Shown here: piece after piece, positions 51,192 to 61,890 of the stretch
Position numbering within the stretch: the stretch's first letter is position 1
Layout: each line of letters begins with the position of its first letter
NCBI GenBank assembly: GCA_963716745.1
Contig: OY970320.1
Span: 1,024,001 to 1,088,000, forward strand
DNA from: an uncultured Gemmatimonadaceae bacterium
Lineage (GTDB): Bacteria > Gemmatimonadota > Gemmatimonadetes > Gemmatimonadales > Gemmatimonadaceae
Direction: 5' to 3'
DNA length: 64,000 nt
Notes under the pieces: generated by a model
What the model saw: only the letters and a program-made list of their open reading frames with translations
Database searches by the model: none
Told to the model about the DNA's origin: nothing
Position numbers and translations under genes: made by a program

Positions 51192-53639
51192 ATGCTGAAC
51201 GATCTCAAGTTCGCCGTCCGCAGCCTGCTCCTCGCGCGTGGATTCACACTCGCCGTCGTACTCACGCTCGGCCTCGGCATCGGCGCCAACACCGCGATCT
51301 TCAGCGTCGTGCGCGGCGTGCTCCTGCGCCCCCTGCCTCACCGCGACGGCGACCGCCTCATGTATCTCCGCCAGAGCGCCGACGGGCCCGGCCGCGAGGA
51401 CGTCGCGTTCTCCGTTCCCGAGATCAACGATTTCCGCGAACAATCCAAGACGCTCGGCGGCATCGCCGAGTACTCGCCGTACTCGCTCACACTGCAAACG
51501 GATCACGACGCGGTGAAGCTCGACGTCGGACTCGTCACGGGGAACTACTTCACCGTGATGGGGCTCGCGCCCGTGCTCGGCCGCCCCTTCGACAGCCGCG
51601 ATGACGGCAAGGGTGCTGCGCCGGTCGTGATGTTCACGTACGCGTACTGGAAGCAGCATTTCGGCGGCGATAGTTCGATCATCGGCAAGACGCTCACGAT
51701 CGGCGCGAAGCCGGTGCTGGTCGTCGGGGTGCTGCAGCCGGCGCCGTACTTCCCGGCGCGCATCGACGCCCTCATGAACATGGTGAACAGCGAGCACCAC
51801 CTCAGCGCGACGATGGTCCAGGGCCGCACGCACCGCATGACGCAGATGATCGCGCGCCTCGCGCCCGGCGCCACGGTGGCACAGGCCCGCGCCGAGGTGC
51901 ATGACATCACCAAGCGCGTGCATGCGGACCATCCCGAGGCGTACGACGCCGCGTCCAATTATCACGTGACGCTCACGCCCTTCCACGAAGTGCTCGGCGA
52001 GAAGGCGCAGCTCACGCTCTGGCTGCTCATGGCCGCGGCCGCGTTCGTGCTCGTGATCGCGTGCGCGAACGTCGCGAACCTCACGCTCATGCGGGGCGTG
52101 CGCCGCGAGCACGAGCTCGTAGTGCGCGCGGCGCTGGGGGCCGGCACGCGCCGACTGCGCCGCCTGCTGCTCGCCGAGAATCTCGTGCTCGCGCTGCTCG
52201 GCGCGGCGTTCGGCCTGGTGATCGCGTTCGCCGGCGTGCAGATGCTCATCGCGTTCGCGCAGCGCTACAGTCCGCGCGCCGGCGAGATCAGTGTGGACGG
52301 CATGGTGCTCGGCTTCGCCTTCCTGCTCGCGGTGGCCGTGGCCGTGCTGCTCTCCTTCGCGCCGACGCTGGCGCGCGAGAACGGATTGGGCGCGGCGCTC
52401 GCGCAGGGCGGGAAGCGCGCGAGCGGCGGCGTGCGCCGCCAGCGGCTGCAGCAGGGTCTCGTGGTTGCGCAGATCGCGGTGAGCGTCATCCTGCTCACCG
52501 GCGCCGGTCTGCTCACGCGCACCATGCAACAGCTCCAGAACGTGGACGACGGACTCGATGCGGGCCACGTGCTCACGATGGAAGTGCCGCACGATTTCAA
52601 CTACAAGGACAAGAGCGCCGTGGTCGCGCGTTACCAGCAGATGCAGAGCGAGGTGGCGGCGCTTCCCGGCGTCACGGAGGTGGGCATCGGTTCCACGATG
52701 CCGCTGCGCAGCGCCGGATTCCTGCTCGACGTGAAGGGCGAGGGGCATGAGGTGGCGCCCGGCGAGCCCGCACCGCAGGCGGAGTATCGCACGGCCAATC
52801 CCGACTATTTCAAGGCGGCCGGGATCCCGCTCATCGCCGGGCGCGAGTTCACCGCGAACGACGGGCCCGTGCCCGCGTCGCCTATGGTGGTGATGGTGAA
52901 CAAGACACTCGCTAACCTGCTCTTCCCGGGGCAGGACGCCGTGGGCCGCCGCATCGCCTGGACGGGGGACGTGCTCAAGTTCGTCGGCATTTCAGGAGAC
53001 TGGCGTACTATAGTAGGGGTCGTGGGCAACACGAAGGACGGCGGCCTCGACGCCGCGGCGCTGCCCGTGGTGTTCCTGCCATTCGCACAGAGCGATTTCC
53101 CGTCGGGCGGGCTGGTGATCCGCTCGAAGGGCGACGTTGCGGCGGTGGGGCCGGCCGCGACGCGCATCGTGCGCGGTCTCGCGCCCGACCAGCCGATCGA
53201 GCACGTGATGACCGTGGACCAGATCCGCGACGAGAGCGTCGCGCCGCGCCGGCTGAACGCCGCGCTCGTCGCGTCGTTCGGCATCCTGGCGCTCGTACTC
53301 GCGACGATCGGCATCGGCGCGGTGCTCGTCTTCTCCGTGAGCGCCCGCACGAACGAGATCGGCATCCGCATGAGCCTGGGTGCCGATTCCGGCCGCGTGC
53401 AGCGCATGATCCTCTCGGAGGGCGGCCTGCTCGTGATCACGGGGCTCGTGATCGGAGTCGGCGGGTCGCTCTGGCTCTCCCGTCTCATGCAGGGACTGCT
53501 CTTCGGCGTCGCGCCGCACGATCCGGCCACGCTCGGCGCCGTGGCCTTCACGATGGCATTCGTGGGAGTGGCGGCGTGCTGGATACCGGCGATTCGAGCG
53601 GCGCGCATTGAGCCGGGTGTGGCATTGAGGGCTCAGTAA
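51192..53639 (+). CDS. ADOP-type ABC permease (intact)
   Basis: MLNDLKFAVRSL...[37 protein letters not shown]. Confidence 0.92.
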   Translation: MLNDLKFAVRSLLLARGFTLAVVLTLGLGIGANTAIFSVVRGVLLRPLPHRDGDRLMYLRQSADGPGREDVAFSVPEINDFREQSKTLGGIAEYSPYSLTLQTDHDAVKLDVGLVTGNYFTVMGLAPVLGRPFDSRDDGKGAAPVVMFTYAYWKQHFGGDSSIIGKTLTIGAKPVLVVGVLQPAPYFPARIDALMNMVNSEHHLSATMVQGRTHRMTQMIARLAPGATVAQARAEVHDITKRVHADHPEAYDAASNYHVTLTPFHEVLGEKAQLTLWLLMAAAAFVLVIACANVANLTLMRGVRREHELVVRAALGAGTRRLRRLLLAENLVLALLGAAFGLVIAFAGVQMLIAFAQRYSPRAGEISVDGMVLGFAFLLAVAVAVLLSFAPTLARENGLGAALAQGGKRASGGVRRQRLQQGLVVAQIAVSVILLTGAGLLTRTMQQLQNVDDGLDAGHVLTMEVPHDFNYKDKSAVVARYQQMQSEVAALPGVTEVGIGSTMPLRSAGFLLDVKGEGHEVAPGEPAPQAEYRTANPDYFKAAGIPLIAGREFTANDGPVPASPMVVMVNKTLANLLFPGQDAVGRRIAWTGDVLKFVGISGDWRTIVGVVGNTKDGGLDAAALPVVFLPFAQSDFPSGGLVIRSKGDVAAVGPAATRIVRGLAPDQPIEHVMTVDQIRDESVAPRRLNAALVASFGILALVLATIGIGAVLVFSVSARTNEIGIRMSLGADSGRVQRMILSEGGLLVITGLVIGVGGSLWLSRLMQGLLFGVAPHDPATLGAVAFTMAFVGVAACWIPAIRAARIEPGVALRAQ

Positions 53640-53650
53640 ACGGCAAACGG

Positions 53651-53748
53651 CCGGGAACCGATTACCGGGAACCGGTGAGGCATGACAACACATGGAGTTA
53701 ATGCCATGCGTTTGCATGCATCACCGGTTCCCGGTAACCGGTTCCCGG
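53651..53748. repeat. Heptamer palindrome (CCGGGAA-type x4, then inverted)
   Basis: ccgggaa ccgatta ccgggaa ccggtga ... tcaccgg ttcccgg taaccgg ttcccgg. Confidence 0.85.
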
Positions 53749-53767
53749 TTCTTTGCAGTTGACCGTC

Positions 53768-53802
53768 ACCTCTTGACAAACAAGAGGTAAGACGGCTACC
53801 CT
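53768..53802 (+). promoter_or_regulatory. Candidate PadR operator overlapping the -35 box
   Basis: ACCTCTTG-acaaa-CAAGAGGT inverted repeat containing TTGACA; TACCCT 18 bp downstream. Confidence 0.6.
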
Positions 53803-53829
53803 GGGAGCACCCAACTACCCGGGGACCGA

Positions 53830-54166
53830 GTGGAAAACCCGAACACCGACGTCATCCAGGGCACCCTGGATCTCCTGATCCTCAAGACCCTGAGTCTCGA
53901 GCCGATGCACGGGTTCGGCATCGCGCGCCGCATCGAGCAGATCTCGCGCGGTGTGTTCAAGGTGAATCCGGGTTCCCTGCTCACCGCGCTCCAGCGTCTC
54001 GAGCGCGCCGGCGCGCTCGACGCCGCGTGGCGCACGACCGAGAATTCGCGCCGTGCGCGCGTGTACTCGCTCACCCGGTCCGGACGCCGCCAACTCGAGC
54101 ACGAGACCGCCGAGTGGACGCGCCGCACGTCGGCGGTGTCGCTCCTGCTGAGAACGGAGGGACTAG
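53830..54166 (+). CDS. PadR family regulator (stop displaced by a 1-bp insertion)
   Basis: VIQGTLDLLILKTL...HGFGIARRI...PGSL...RRARVYSLT; TAG at 54164 is out of frame by 1. Confidence 0.9.
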
Positions 54167-54170
54167 GCCG

Positions 54171-56799
54171 ATGTCGCTCTGGCGTCAGCTCACCGCCGGC
54201 CTGCGCGTCCTCACGCGCCGCAACGCCGCCGATCACGATGTGCGCGACGAGGTCGCGGATTTCTTCGATCGCGCGGAAGCCGAGCAGCGCGCGCGCGGTC
54301 TCTCGCCGGAGGACGCGCGCCGCGCCGCCCGCCTCGAGATCGGCAACGAGACCATGGCGCGAGAGCAAGTGCGCGGCTTCGGCTGGGAGAACCTCGTATC
54401 GACGTTCTTCGCCGACCTGCGCCACGGCGCGCGCCAATTGCGCCGCGCGCCCGGCTTCACGGCCGTCACGGTGTTCACGCTCGCACTCGGCATCGGCGCC
54501 ACCACCACGATCTTCAGCGCCGTGAATCCCATCCTGTTCCGCGCGCTCCCCTACCCGCATGCCGAACGCATCCTCTCGATCTACGACGCGGGCGACGGCG
54601 GCGCGCATCAGATGGGCACGTTCGCCACCTACACCGAGCTCGCCGCGCGGAATCACACGCTCGACGCGATCGCGGTGATGAAACCCTGGCAGCCGACGCT
54701 CACCGGATCCGGCGAGCCCGAACGGCTGGAGGGTCAGCGCGTGAGTGCGAGCTACTTCCGCGTGCTCGGGATCGCGCCGGCGATCGGCCGCGACCTCAGC
54801 GCCTCCGATGACCGGCAAAACGGCCCCGCCGTCGTGCTGCTCAGTGACGAGCTCTGGCGCCGGCGCTTCAATGCCGACCCCGCGATCGTGGGGCGCATCG
54901 TCAGCCTCAATGACAACAGCTTCACGGTGATCGGCGTCATGCCGCGTGGATTCGCGAACATTCCGTCGCCGGGCGCCGCGCTCTGGGCGCCGCTCCAGTA
55001 CGACATGACGCAGCCCGGTGCATGGGGGCACCATCTGCACACGATCGCCCGCCTGCGTGAGAACGAGACCGTCGAGCGAGCGCGCGATGATCTCAACGGC
55101 ATCGCGCGGTCGCTCGTGGTGAAGCAGCCGCAGGCCTTCGGCCATCCGGCGCAGGGCGTGACACTGCTGCAGGCCGAGACAACGCGCGATGTGCGCCCCG
55201 CACTGTTCGCCGTGCTCGGCGCGGCGCTCCTCGTGTTGATCATTGCCTGCGTGAACGTGATGAACCTCCTGCTGGCTCGCGGCGTGATGCGGGAAGGCGA
55301 GTTCGCGATGCGCGCCGCGCTCGGCGCAGGCCGCGGGCGCATGGTGCGCCAGCTGCTCACCGAGTGCCTGCTGCTCGCGGCACTCGGCGGCGCGGCCGGA
55401 CTCGCGCTCGCGCAGTTCGGAATGCGCGCGGTGGCGGCGCTCACTCCGCCCGACCTGCCGATGGCGAACGCGATCGCGCTCGACAGCTCCGTCTTCGCGT
55501 TCGGGTTCGCGCTGACAGCGGTGGTCGCCCTCAGCTTCGGCTTGCTCCCGGCGATGCGAGTCGCGCGCGGCGGGTTGAACAACCCATTGCAGCAACTCTC
55601 GCATCGCACCGCGGGTGGCCATCACACGGCGCGGCGCGCGCTCGTCGTGGCGGAGGTCGCCCTCGCGCTCGTGCTGCTCGTCGCTTCCGGCCTCATGCTG
55701 CGCACGCTTGAGCGGTTCTTCTCCGTGCCCCCGGGCTTCGATGCGTCGCACGTGATCACGATGCAGGTGCAAACCGTGGGTCACCGCTACGATGCGGACA
55801 GCGCCACGTTCCAACTGTTCGCGCGCATGCTCGGCGCCGTCCGCGAGGTGCCGGGCGTGACCGCCGCCGGCTTCACGAGCCAACTGCCGCTGAGCGGCGA
55901 TGACGATGTGTACGGCGTGCACCTCGAAGCCGACGACGCACCCACCGAGGATGCGCAGGCATTCCGCTACGGCGTGAGCGCCGGATATCTCGAGACAATG
56001 GGCATCCCGCTGCGCCGTGGCAGGCTGCTCGATGCGCGCGATGCCATCGGCGCGCCCGGCGCGGTGCTGATCAATGAATCGTACGCGCGGCGCAAATTCC
56101 CCGGTGAGGATCCCGTGGGCCGGCGCGTGCATGTGGGGCCCACCGATCGACCGTGGTACACCATCGTGGGCGTCGTGGGCGATGTGAAGCAGCAGTCGCT
56201 GGCGGCGTCGCGGTCCGACGCGGTGTATCTGCCCACCGAGCAGTCGTGGTTCGCGGACCACACGCTGTGGCTCGTCGCGCGCACGCGCGGCGACCCGGCT
56301 GCGCTCGCGCCCGCGATCCGGGCCGCGATCTGGAGCGTGGACCACGACCAGCCGATCGACCGCGTGGCGACGATGACCGATCTGCTCGCGCGGTCGGGCG
56401 CGCAACGCCGTTTCGCTATGGTGCTCTTCACCGCGTTCGCGATCGTCGCGCTCGTGCTGGCGGCCGCCGGCATCTACGGCGTGCTCTCAGGAAGCGTCAC
56501 CGAGCGTACACGCGAGATCGGCGTGCGCGCGGCACTCGGCGCTTCGCGCGGCGAGATCCGGAATCTCATCATGCGCCAGGGCATGACGCTCGCGGGCGCC
56601 GGCGCGATCCTCGGGATCATCGGCGCGATGGCCGCGAGCCGCGCACTCGTCACGATGCTCTTCGGCGTGTCGCCGCTCGACCCCGCGACGTATATCGGCG
56701 TCAGCGCACTGCTGCTCGCGGTCGCCGCGCTCGCGTGCTGGCTTCCGGCGTGGCGCGCGGCACGAGTGGATCCGGGGATAACATTAAGAGCGAGAGTGA
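54171..56799 (+). CDS. ADOP-type ABC permease with prefix domain
   Basis: MSLWRQL...[45 protein letters not shown]; end probably LRAE* with a 1-bp indel. Confidence 0.92.
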
Positions 56800-56947
56800 A
56801 CGACCGGAAACCGATTGCTGGTTTGCAACCGATGCGGCATGCGAGCATCGGAACAATGCAGACATAGATGGTCAGACGGAGACGTTAGTAATACTCCCGC
56901 AGTTGCCTGCGAAGTCGAAGCTAAAGACTCAGGCGTCGAATCGAAAG

Positions 56948-58644
56948 TTAGAGCGCCGCCGTCAGATACAGGAACGGCCCATTCAGTTGGTATTCGAGCC
57001 GACAGCACGTCTCCGTTCCGCAGCGTCTTGTTGATGTCGGCGTTCAGGAAATGATATCCGGCGCCGATACCGTAGTTCTTGAACGCGAACCACTCCAACG
57101 CGAGGCGATCGTCGGTCACATTCCCGGCATAGCCCGAGACATCGAAGGGCAGCAGCTCGGCCGGAATGCTCACGAACAGCGATGGACGCCGGAGCCAAGT
57201 CGCCGTAGAGGCCGAGGAGCGGCACCGCCGCGCCGATCCCCGTACCGTTCACGGACGTCTGGCCTCCCTCCGGATGCGCTTGATGCCGAAGTTCACGGCG
57301 CTCGCCACATAGTCGATGCCGATTCCCGCACCCACCTGCCAGCTCTGCTTTCTGCCAGATGTAGTAGCGATAGGTGAAGCCCGAATAGTGGAAATTCGTC
57401 TTGGATGTCATGTGCCAGGCCCGGCGACATAGGTCGAGTCACCGAAGTGGATCGTGTCCGTGAGCGTCCGTTCTCCGCGCCGGATGACATTGAAGTACTC
57501 GAACGTGACCATATTCTTGTTCCCCCACTGGAACTCCGCGTGGAGGTCAATGTCGCTGCGAGCTCGACGGCAGGCCGAGCTTCTCTCCAGGTCGAGCCCG
57601 GGGCCGGACTGAGAGTTGTTGGTGAATTGCATCTTCGAATTGACCGCCGGCCCGATATCCGCCAATCGCGAATTGCCAGGGATGCGGCACCAGACCGTAG
57701 CGCGGGAGGCTGTCGGGGTACGGCGGCTCGTGCGAGTCGATCGGCGCGGCACCGGCGACGGCGCGCCGAACGCCGCCTTGAGGTAGAGTGACGGCCCCTC
57801 GATCGCGTACTTGTACGTCAGTTCCGCGCCGTCGTCGAAGAACTTGTTGGCGGTGAGGCCCACATAGTGATACGACAGTCCGAAGCCGTAGTTGTGGAAC
57901 GGGTAGTACTCCGCCGCGATACGGTTGTCCGTCACCGAACCGCCGTAGCCCGCCACATTGTTGATGTACAGCATTTGGAGATCGCCGCGGAGGAAGAACT
58001 TGGGAATGACCTCCACATCGCCGTAGAAGCCGACCATCGGGGCCGGGCGCATGAAGTTCCCGCTCTTCTGCCGCGCTGTCGGCCTGCCCTTGCACCGTTG
58101 GCCTTGATCCCGAGACTCCCCGAGAGGCTGAACGCATCAATCCCGAGCCCGGCGCCGAACTCCCACTTCTCGCGCCGCCAGAATGTAGTAGCGGTACTGG
58201 CATGCCGTAGTACTGCATGGCCGTCGCTGCGTCAGACGTGGCTCCCGCGTGGTAGACTTCACCTCCGAAAACGATGCTGTCCTCGAGGGTCTTCGAGGCG
58301 CCACGATTCAAATGGAAATAGTCGAACGTCAGCATCTGCTTCTTGCTGAGACGGAAGGTCGCAAGCGCTTCGAAGTTCTGGGTGGTGGACTGCAACCCCA
58401 GCCGCTTCTCGAGATCGACCCCGTGCCCTCCAGCAGCGCGGTGGAGAATTGCGTCTTGGAGGAGATCGCCGGCAGGAACGCGCCGGCCGCGACCGTGAAC
58501 TTCGCGGGGAGTTCGCCGTAGCGGTGCGTGGTGTCCGGTTCGGGTTTCGTCTTGGCTTTGGCTCGAATCGCCTCTCTTGCGCGAGCGCGGACGCGGCGCC
58601 GAGAGCCAGCATGCGAGCGCGGCCAACTGCGAACGAACGACCAT
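56948..58644 (-). CDS. Outer-membrane protein with two tandem homologous beta-barrel domains (heavily frameshifted)
   Basis: Repeat 1: DLEKRLGL...FDYFHLNR...IVFG...YRYY...GPSLYLKAAF. Repeat 2: DLE..LGL...FEYFNVIR...IHFG...YRYY...GPFLYLTAAL*. Confidence 0.65.
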
Positions 58645-58832
58645 GCGACTCCCGGGATCCAGAAAGATCGGGTGCGAATTCAATCAATACTATCAGTCTT
58701 CGAGCGGCGTCTGCGCCACTGCTGGCATAGGACTTAGGGCCTATTTCCCGGGCGAGGCCAGGTGCGATATTGCCGCCGGGCCGCCAGGTAAAGGCTGGCG
58801 GCGCCCAATGACTACGCCACAGGAGATACGAC

Positions 58833-59850
58833 ATGAAGCTCACGCACTTGGGACCCATGGTCGGCGCGCTCGCCGCGGCGGCCCTTCTGGCCGCCGGGGC
58901 CGGCGCGCAGACCGACCCGTTGCCGTCGTGGAACGAAGGCAGCGCGAAGGTGGCGATCGTCTAGTTCGTCGCAGGGCACCACGACGCCCGGCAGCTCGAC
59001 CTTCGTTCCGGCGGAAGAGCGGATCGCTACGTTCGACCAGGACGGCACGCTCTGGGTGGAGCATCCGATGTACTCGCAGCTCTTCTACATCTTCGATCGC
59101 GTGCCGGCGGTCGTGAAGGCGGACCCGAAGCTCGCGAACGTCGAGCCGTTCAAGACAGTGATGTCGAAGAACACGGAAGCGATGTCGAAGCTCACCGTGC
59201 CGGATCTCGAGAAGCTCGCCGGCGCGACACTCTCCGGCATGAGCATGGACGATTTCCACGCGCAGGTAAATGCGTGGCTCGCGGCGGCGACGGATCCGCG
59301 CTGGCACAAGCACGTCACCGATCTCACGTACCAGCCGATGAAGGAAGTGATGGCGTACCTGCGCGCGAACGGGTACAAGACATACATCGTCACCGGCGGT
59401 GGGCAGGATTTCGTGCGCGTGTATGCGGATGCCGTATACGGCGTGCCGCCCGAGCAGGTGGTGGGCAGCGCCGGCGAAGTGAAATACGTGTTCCCGAACG
59501 GCGGCACGCCGCATTTGGTGAAATTGCCGAAGATCATCGTGAATGACAACGACGCCGGCAAGCCGGAAGCGATCCACTTGATGATCGGCCGCCGCCCCTA
59601 CGCCGCCTTCGGGAATTCGACGGGCGATCAGCAGATGTTGGAATACACGAAGGGCGGAACGGGAATGCGGCTGTCGATGATCGTGCTGCACGACGACGCC
59701 GAGCGCGAATATGCCTACGGACCTGCGACCGGATTGCCGGACACGAAGGTGGGGACATTCACGCAGGGGTTGTATGACGAGGCGTTGAGGGGAGGATGGA
59801 TCGTGATATCGATGAAGCGAGATTGGAAGAAGATATTCACTTGGGAGTAG
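58833..59850 (+). CDS. Secreted HAD-family hydrolase/phosphatase (in-frame TAG at 58962 plus frameshift)
   Basis: Signal peptide, DPLPSWNEG, FDQDGTLWVEHP, IVTGGG, FGNSTGDQQML, SMKRDWKKIF. Confidence 0.88.
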
Positions 59851-59865
59851 GTGTTGTGGCATTTC

Positions 59866-60035
59866 TGTTGACTGTAGACTGTCGACTGTAGACTGGCAGT
59901 CACTCGAGGACTGTTTACTGTCTACTGCAATTCAAACGGCCTGGTGCTCGGAAGCCACCAGGCCGTTGGAATTGCAGTCACCAGTCAACAGTGATCCAGT
60001 GCACGACAGTCAACCGTCAACAGCACTGCGACTAC
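59866..60035. repeat. GACTGTA-type heptamer arrays flanking a strong hairpin; likely bidirectional terminator
   Basis: gactgta gactgtc gactgta...; actgcaattcaaacggcctggtg...caccaggccgttggaattgcagt; inverted cagtcaa units; between convergent genes. Confidence 0.75.
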
Positions 60036-60781
60036 CGACTAAACTCCACGCGGACACCCAATACGTATGTCTTCGTCGCCGGCTGGAAGAGTTCGGTGAC
60101 GCCATATTTCGGCCCGCTCACGTGCACCACGGGCGATTCGGGGAATCTGAACAGATCGGCATATGCGATGAGCGCCCATTTACGCTCGAAGCGATAGCCC
60201 AAGGTCGCCGATCCGCCGATCGCATTGCCCGGCGTGATGACCGGATCCTGTTCGAATCCGAGCGCATTGAGATTCGCATCCAACTGCGCCCACACCGGCC
60301 GATTGAGGCGCAGCCCCGCAGTGACGCCGGGGCCCATCGCATTGTATTCGGCGCCGAGGGCGAGATAGACCACGCTATAGTTCTCCTCCTGCTTCGTATT
60401 CAATTCGCGCCGCCAGAATTCGCCGCCGAGGGCGCACACGATATCCACGCGATCCGTGAACCGATAGCGCCCCTGGATCTCCTGCATCGTTCCGAAGTAG
60501 CCGGTCACGCTGGTGGCGGGGTTGCCATTGAAGAGTCCGGCGCCGGAGTACTGGGCCGCGCCGCCGTAGAGCTTGCCTCGATAGGCGAACAACAGCCCGC
60601 TCGCGACCGGCTGCGTGTAGCCGGCGTCAAAGCCCAGCAGCAGCCCCGCCTCCACCACCGCGATCGGCTGGATGGCTTCGGACCAGTGATAGTACGCAGT
60701 GCTGCCGCCCAGATACCACTGCGCCGGGGCGCGAAATGCCACGGCCGCGAGCAGCACGGCGGTCACGAGGCATTTAGGCAT
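60032..60781 (-). CDS. Outer-membrane beta-barrel protein
   Basis: Signal peptide; alternating aromatic/Gly strands; C-terminal YVLGVRVEF. Confidence 0.7.
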   Translation of the reverse strand: MPKCLVTAVLLAAVAFRAPAQWYLGGSTAYYHWSEAIQPIAVVEAGLLLGFDAGYTQPVASGLLFAYRGKLYGGAAQYSGAGLFNGNPATSVTGYFGTMQEIQGRYRFTDRVDIVCALGGEFWRRELNTKQEENYSVVYLALGAEYNAMGPGVTAGLRLNRPVWAQLDANLNALGFEQDPVITPGNAIGGSATLGYRFERKWALIAYADLFRFPESPVVHVSGPKYGVTELFQPATKTYVLGVRVEFSR

Positions 60782-60832
60782 GGGGAATGATACGCGTTCC
60801 GGGACAGTTGGGTCCCGCTCGAGCGCTGCTCC

Positions 60833-61225
60833 CTACCGCCCGCCGAATCTCGTGGACGCCTCGGCCACCGCCGCAAGCAGCCGCGTCTCGTCGAACGGCT
60901 TGAGCAGGAAACCGGCGCCAAGATCCGCGGCGCGGCGCGCGATGCCCGCGTCGCCGGATGCGGTGATGAACACGCAGGGCACTCCGGGATGATGCACCGC
61001 CAGCTGTTCCTGCACTTCGAAGCCGGACATGCCGGGCATTTGGATGTCTACCAGCACGATGTCGGGCACACTCCCGCGCGACCAGGCCAGGAATTCGGGC
61101 CCGGAGGTGAATGCCGCGCTGGTGTAGCCGAAGGAACGGAGTAAGCGGCCCAATGCTTTCCCGACTTCCGCTTCGTCGTCTACGATCGCGATGAGCTGCG
61201 CCGGATCAGCCATCATTCCGTACAT
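60833..61225 (-). CDS. Single-domain response regulator
   Basis: IAIVDD, LVDIQMPGMSG, FITA, FLLKPF. Confidence 0.93.
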   Translation of the reverse strand: MYGMMADPAQLIAIVDDEAEVGKALGRLLRSFGYTSAAFTSGPEFLAWSRGSVPDIVLVDIQMPGMSGFEVQEQLAVHHPGVPCVFITASGDAGIARRAADLGAGFLLKPFDETRLLAAVAEASTRFGGR

Positions 61226-61263
61226 AGCGCTAGAAAGCTCGTCGCGGATATTGGACGAAAGGG

Positions 61264-61890
61264 CTACCCGGCGGGGTCAATGTGGGCGGTCTGGGCGACG
61301 CGCACGAGATCCGCGACCGACTGGACGCCCATCTTGGACATGACGCGTCCGCGGTGGACCTTCACGGTCTTTTCGGTGGTGCCGAGGTCGGCGGCAATGC
61401 GTTTGTTCGGTTTGCCGGCAATGACGTGGCGCATCACCTCTTGCTCGCGCGGCGTGAGCGCGGCGAAATTCGATTCGATCGCGGCGCGCGCACCGGAAGC
61501 GCGCCGCGCAGCGCGATCGGTCTCGATCGCCGCGCGCACGGCGGGCACGAGCACATCGGCGGTGGCCGGTTTCGTGAGGAAGTCCACGGCACCGGCTTTC
61601 ATTGCACGCACGCTCGTGGGGATGTCGCCGCGGCCGGTGAGGAAGATCACAGGCGTCGAGCGGCCGCGCGCCAGGAGTTCGCGCTGGAGGCCCGGCCCAT
61701 CGAGGCCGGGCAGCGACACGTCGAGCACCAGGCATGCGGGTGCGGGCGGTTCATCGGCGGCAAGGAACGCCTCGCACGACTCGAACGCCCGCACCGCGAG
61801 ACCTTCCGCGCGCAGCAGCCGCGCGAGTCCGGTGCGCACCGCCGCGTCGTCATCCACCAGGAACACCATCGATTCTTCGGCCATCGTCAC
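61264..61890 (-). CDS. FixJ/NodW-type response regulator (REC + LuxR HTH)
   Basis: VDDD, LDVSLP, FLTGRGD...AVDFLTKP, LTPREQEV...TVKVHRGRVMSKM. Confidence 0.95.
   Translation of the reverse strand: MTMAEESMVFLVDDDAAVRTGLARLLRAEGLAVRAFESCEAFLAADEPPAPACLVLDVSLPGLDGPGLQRELLARGRSTPVIFLTGRGDIPTSVRAMKAGAVDFLTKPATADVLVPAVRAAIETDRAARRASGARAAIESNFAALTPREQEVMRHVIAGKPNKRIAADLGTTEKTVKVHRGRVMSKMGVQSVADLVRVAQTAHIDPAG

Noticed and set aside
53830..54525. Extended PadR or PadR-permease fusion
   Set aside because: A one-base insertion before the TAG at 54164 explains the read-through; the permease has its own ATG at 54171.
58962..58964. Pyrrolysine or stop read-through at the in-frame TAG in the HAD gene
   Set aside because: A frameshift lies a few bases downstream, no pyl genes are seen, and TAG ends many other genes here. 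Local sequence error is more likely.
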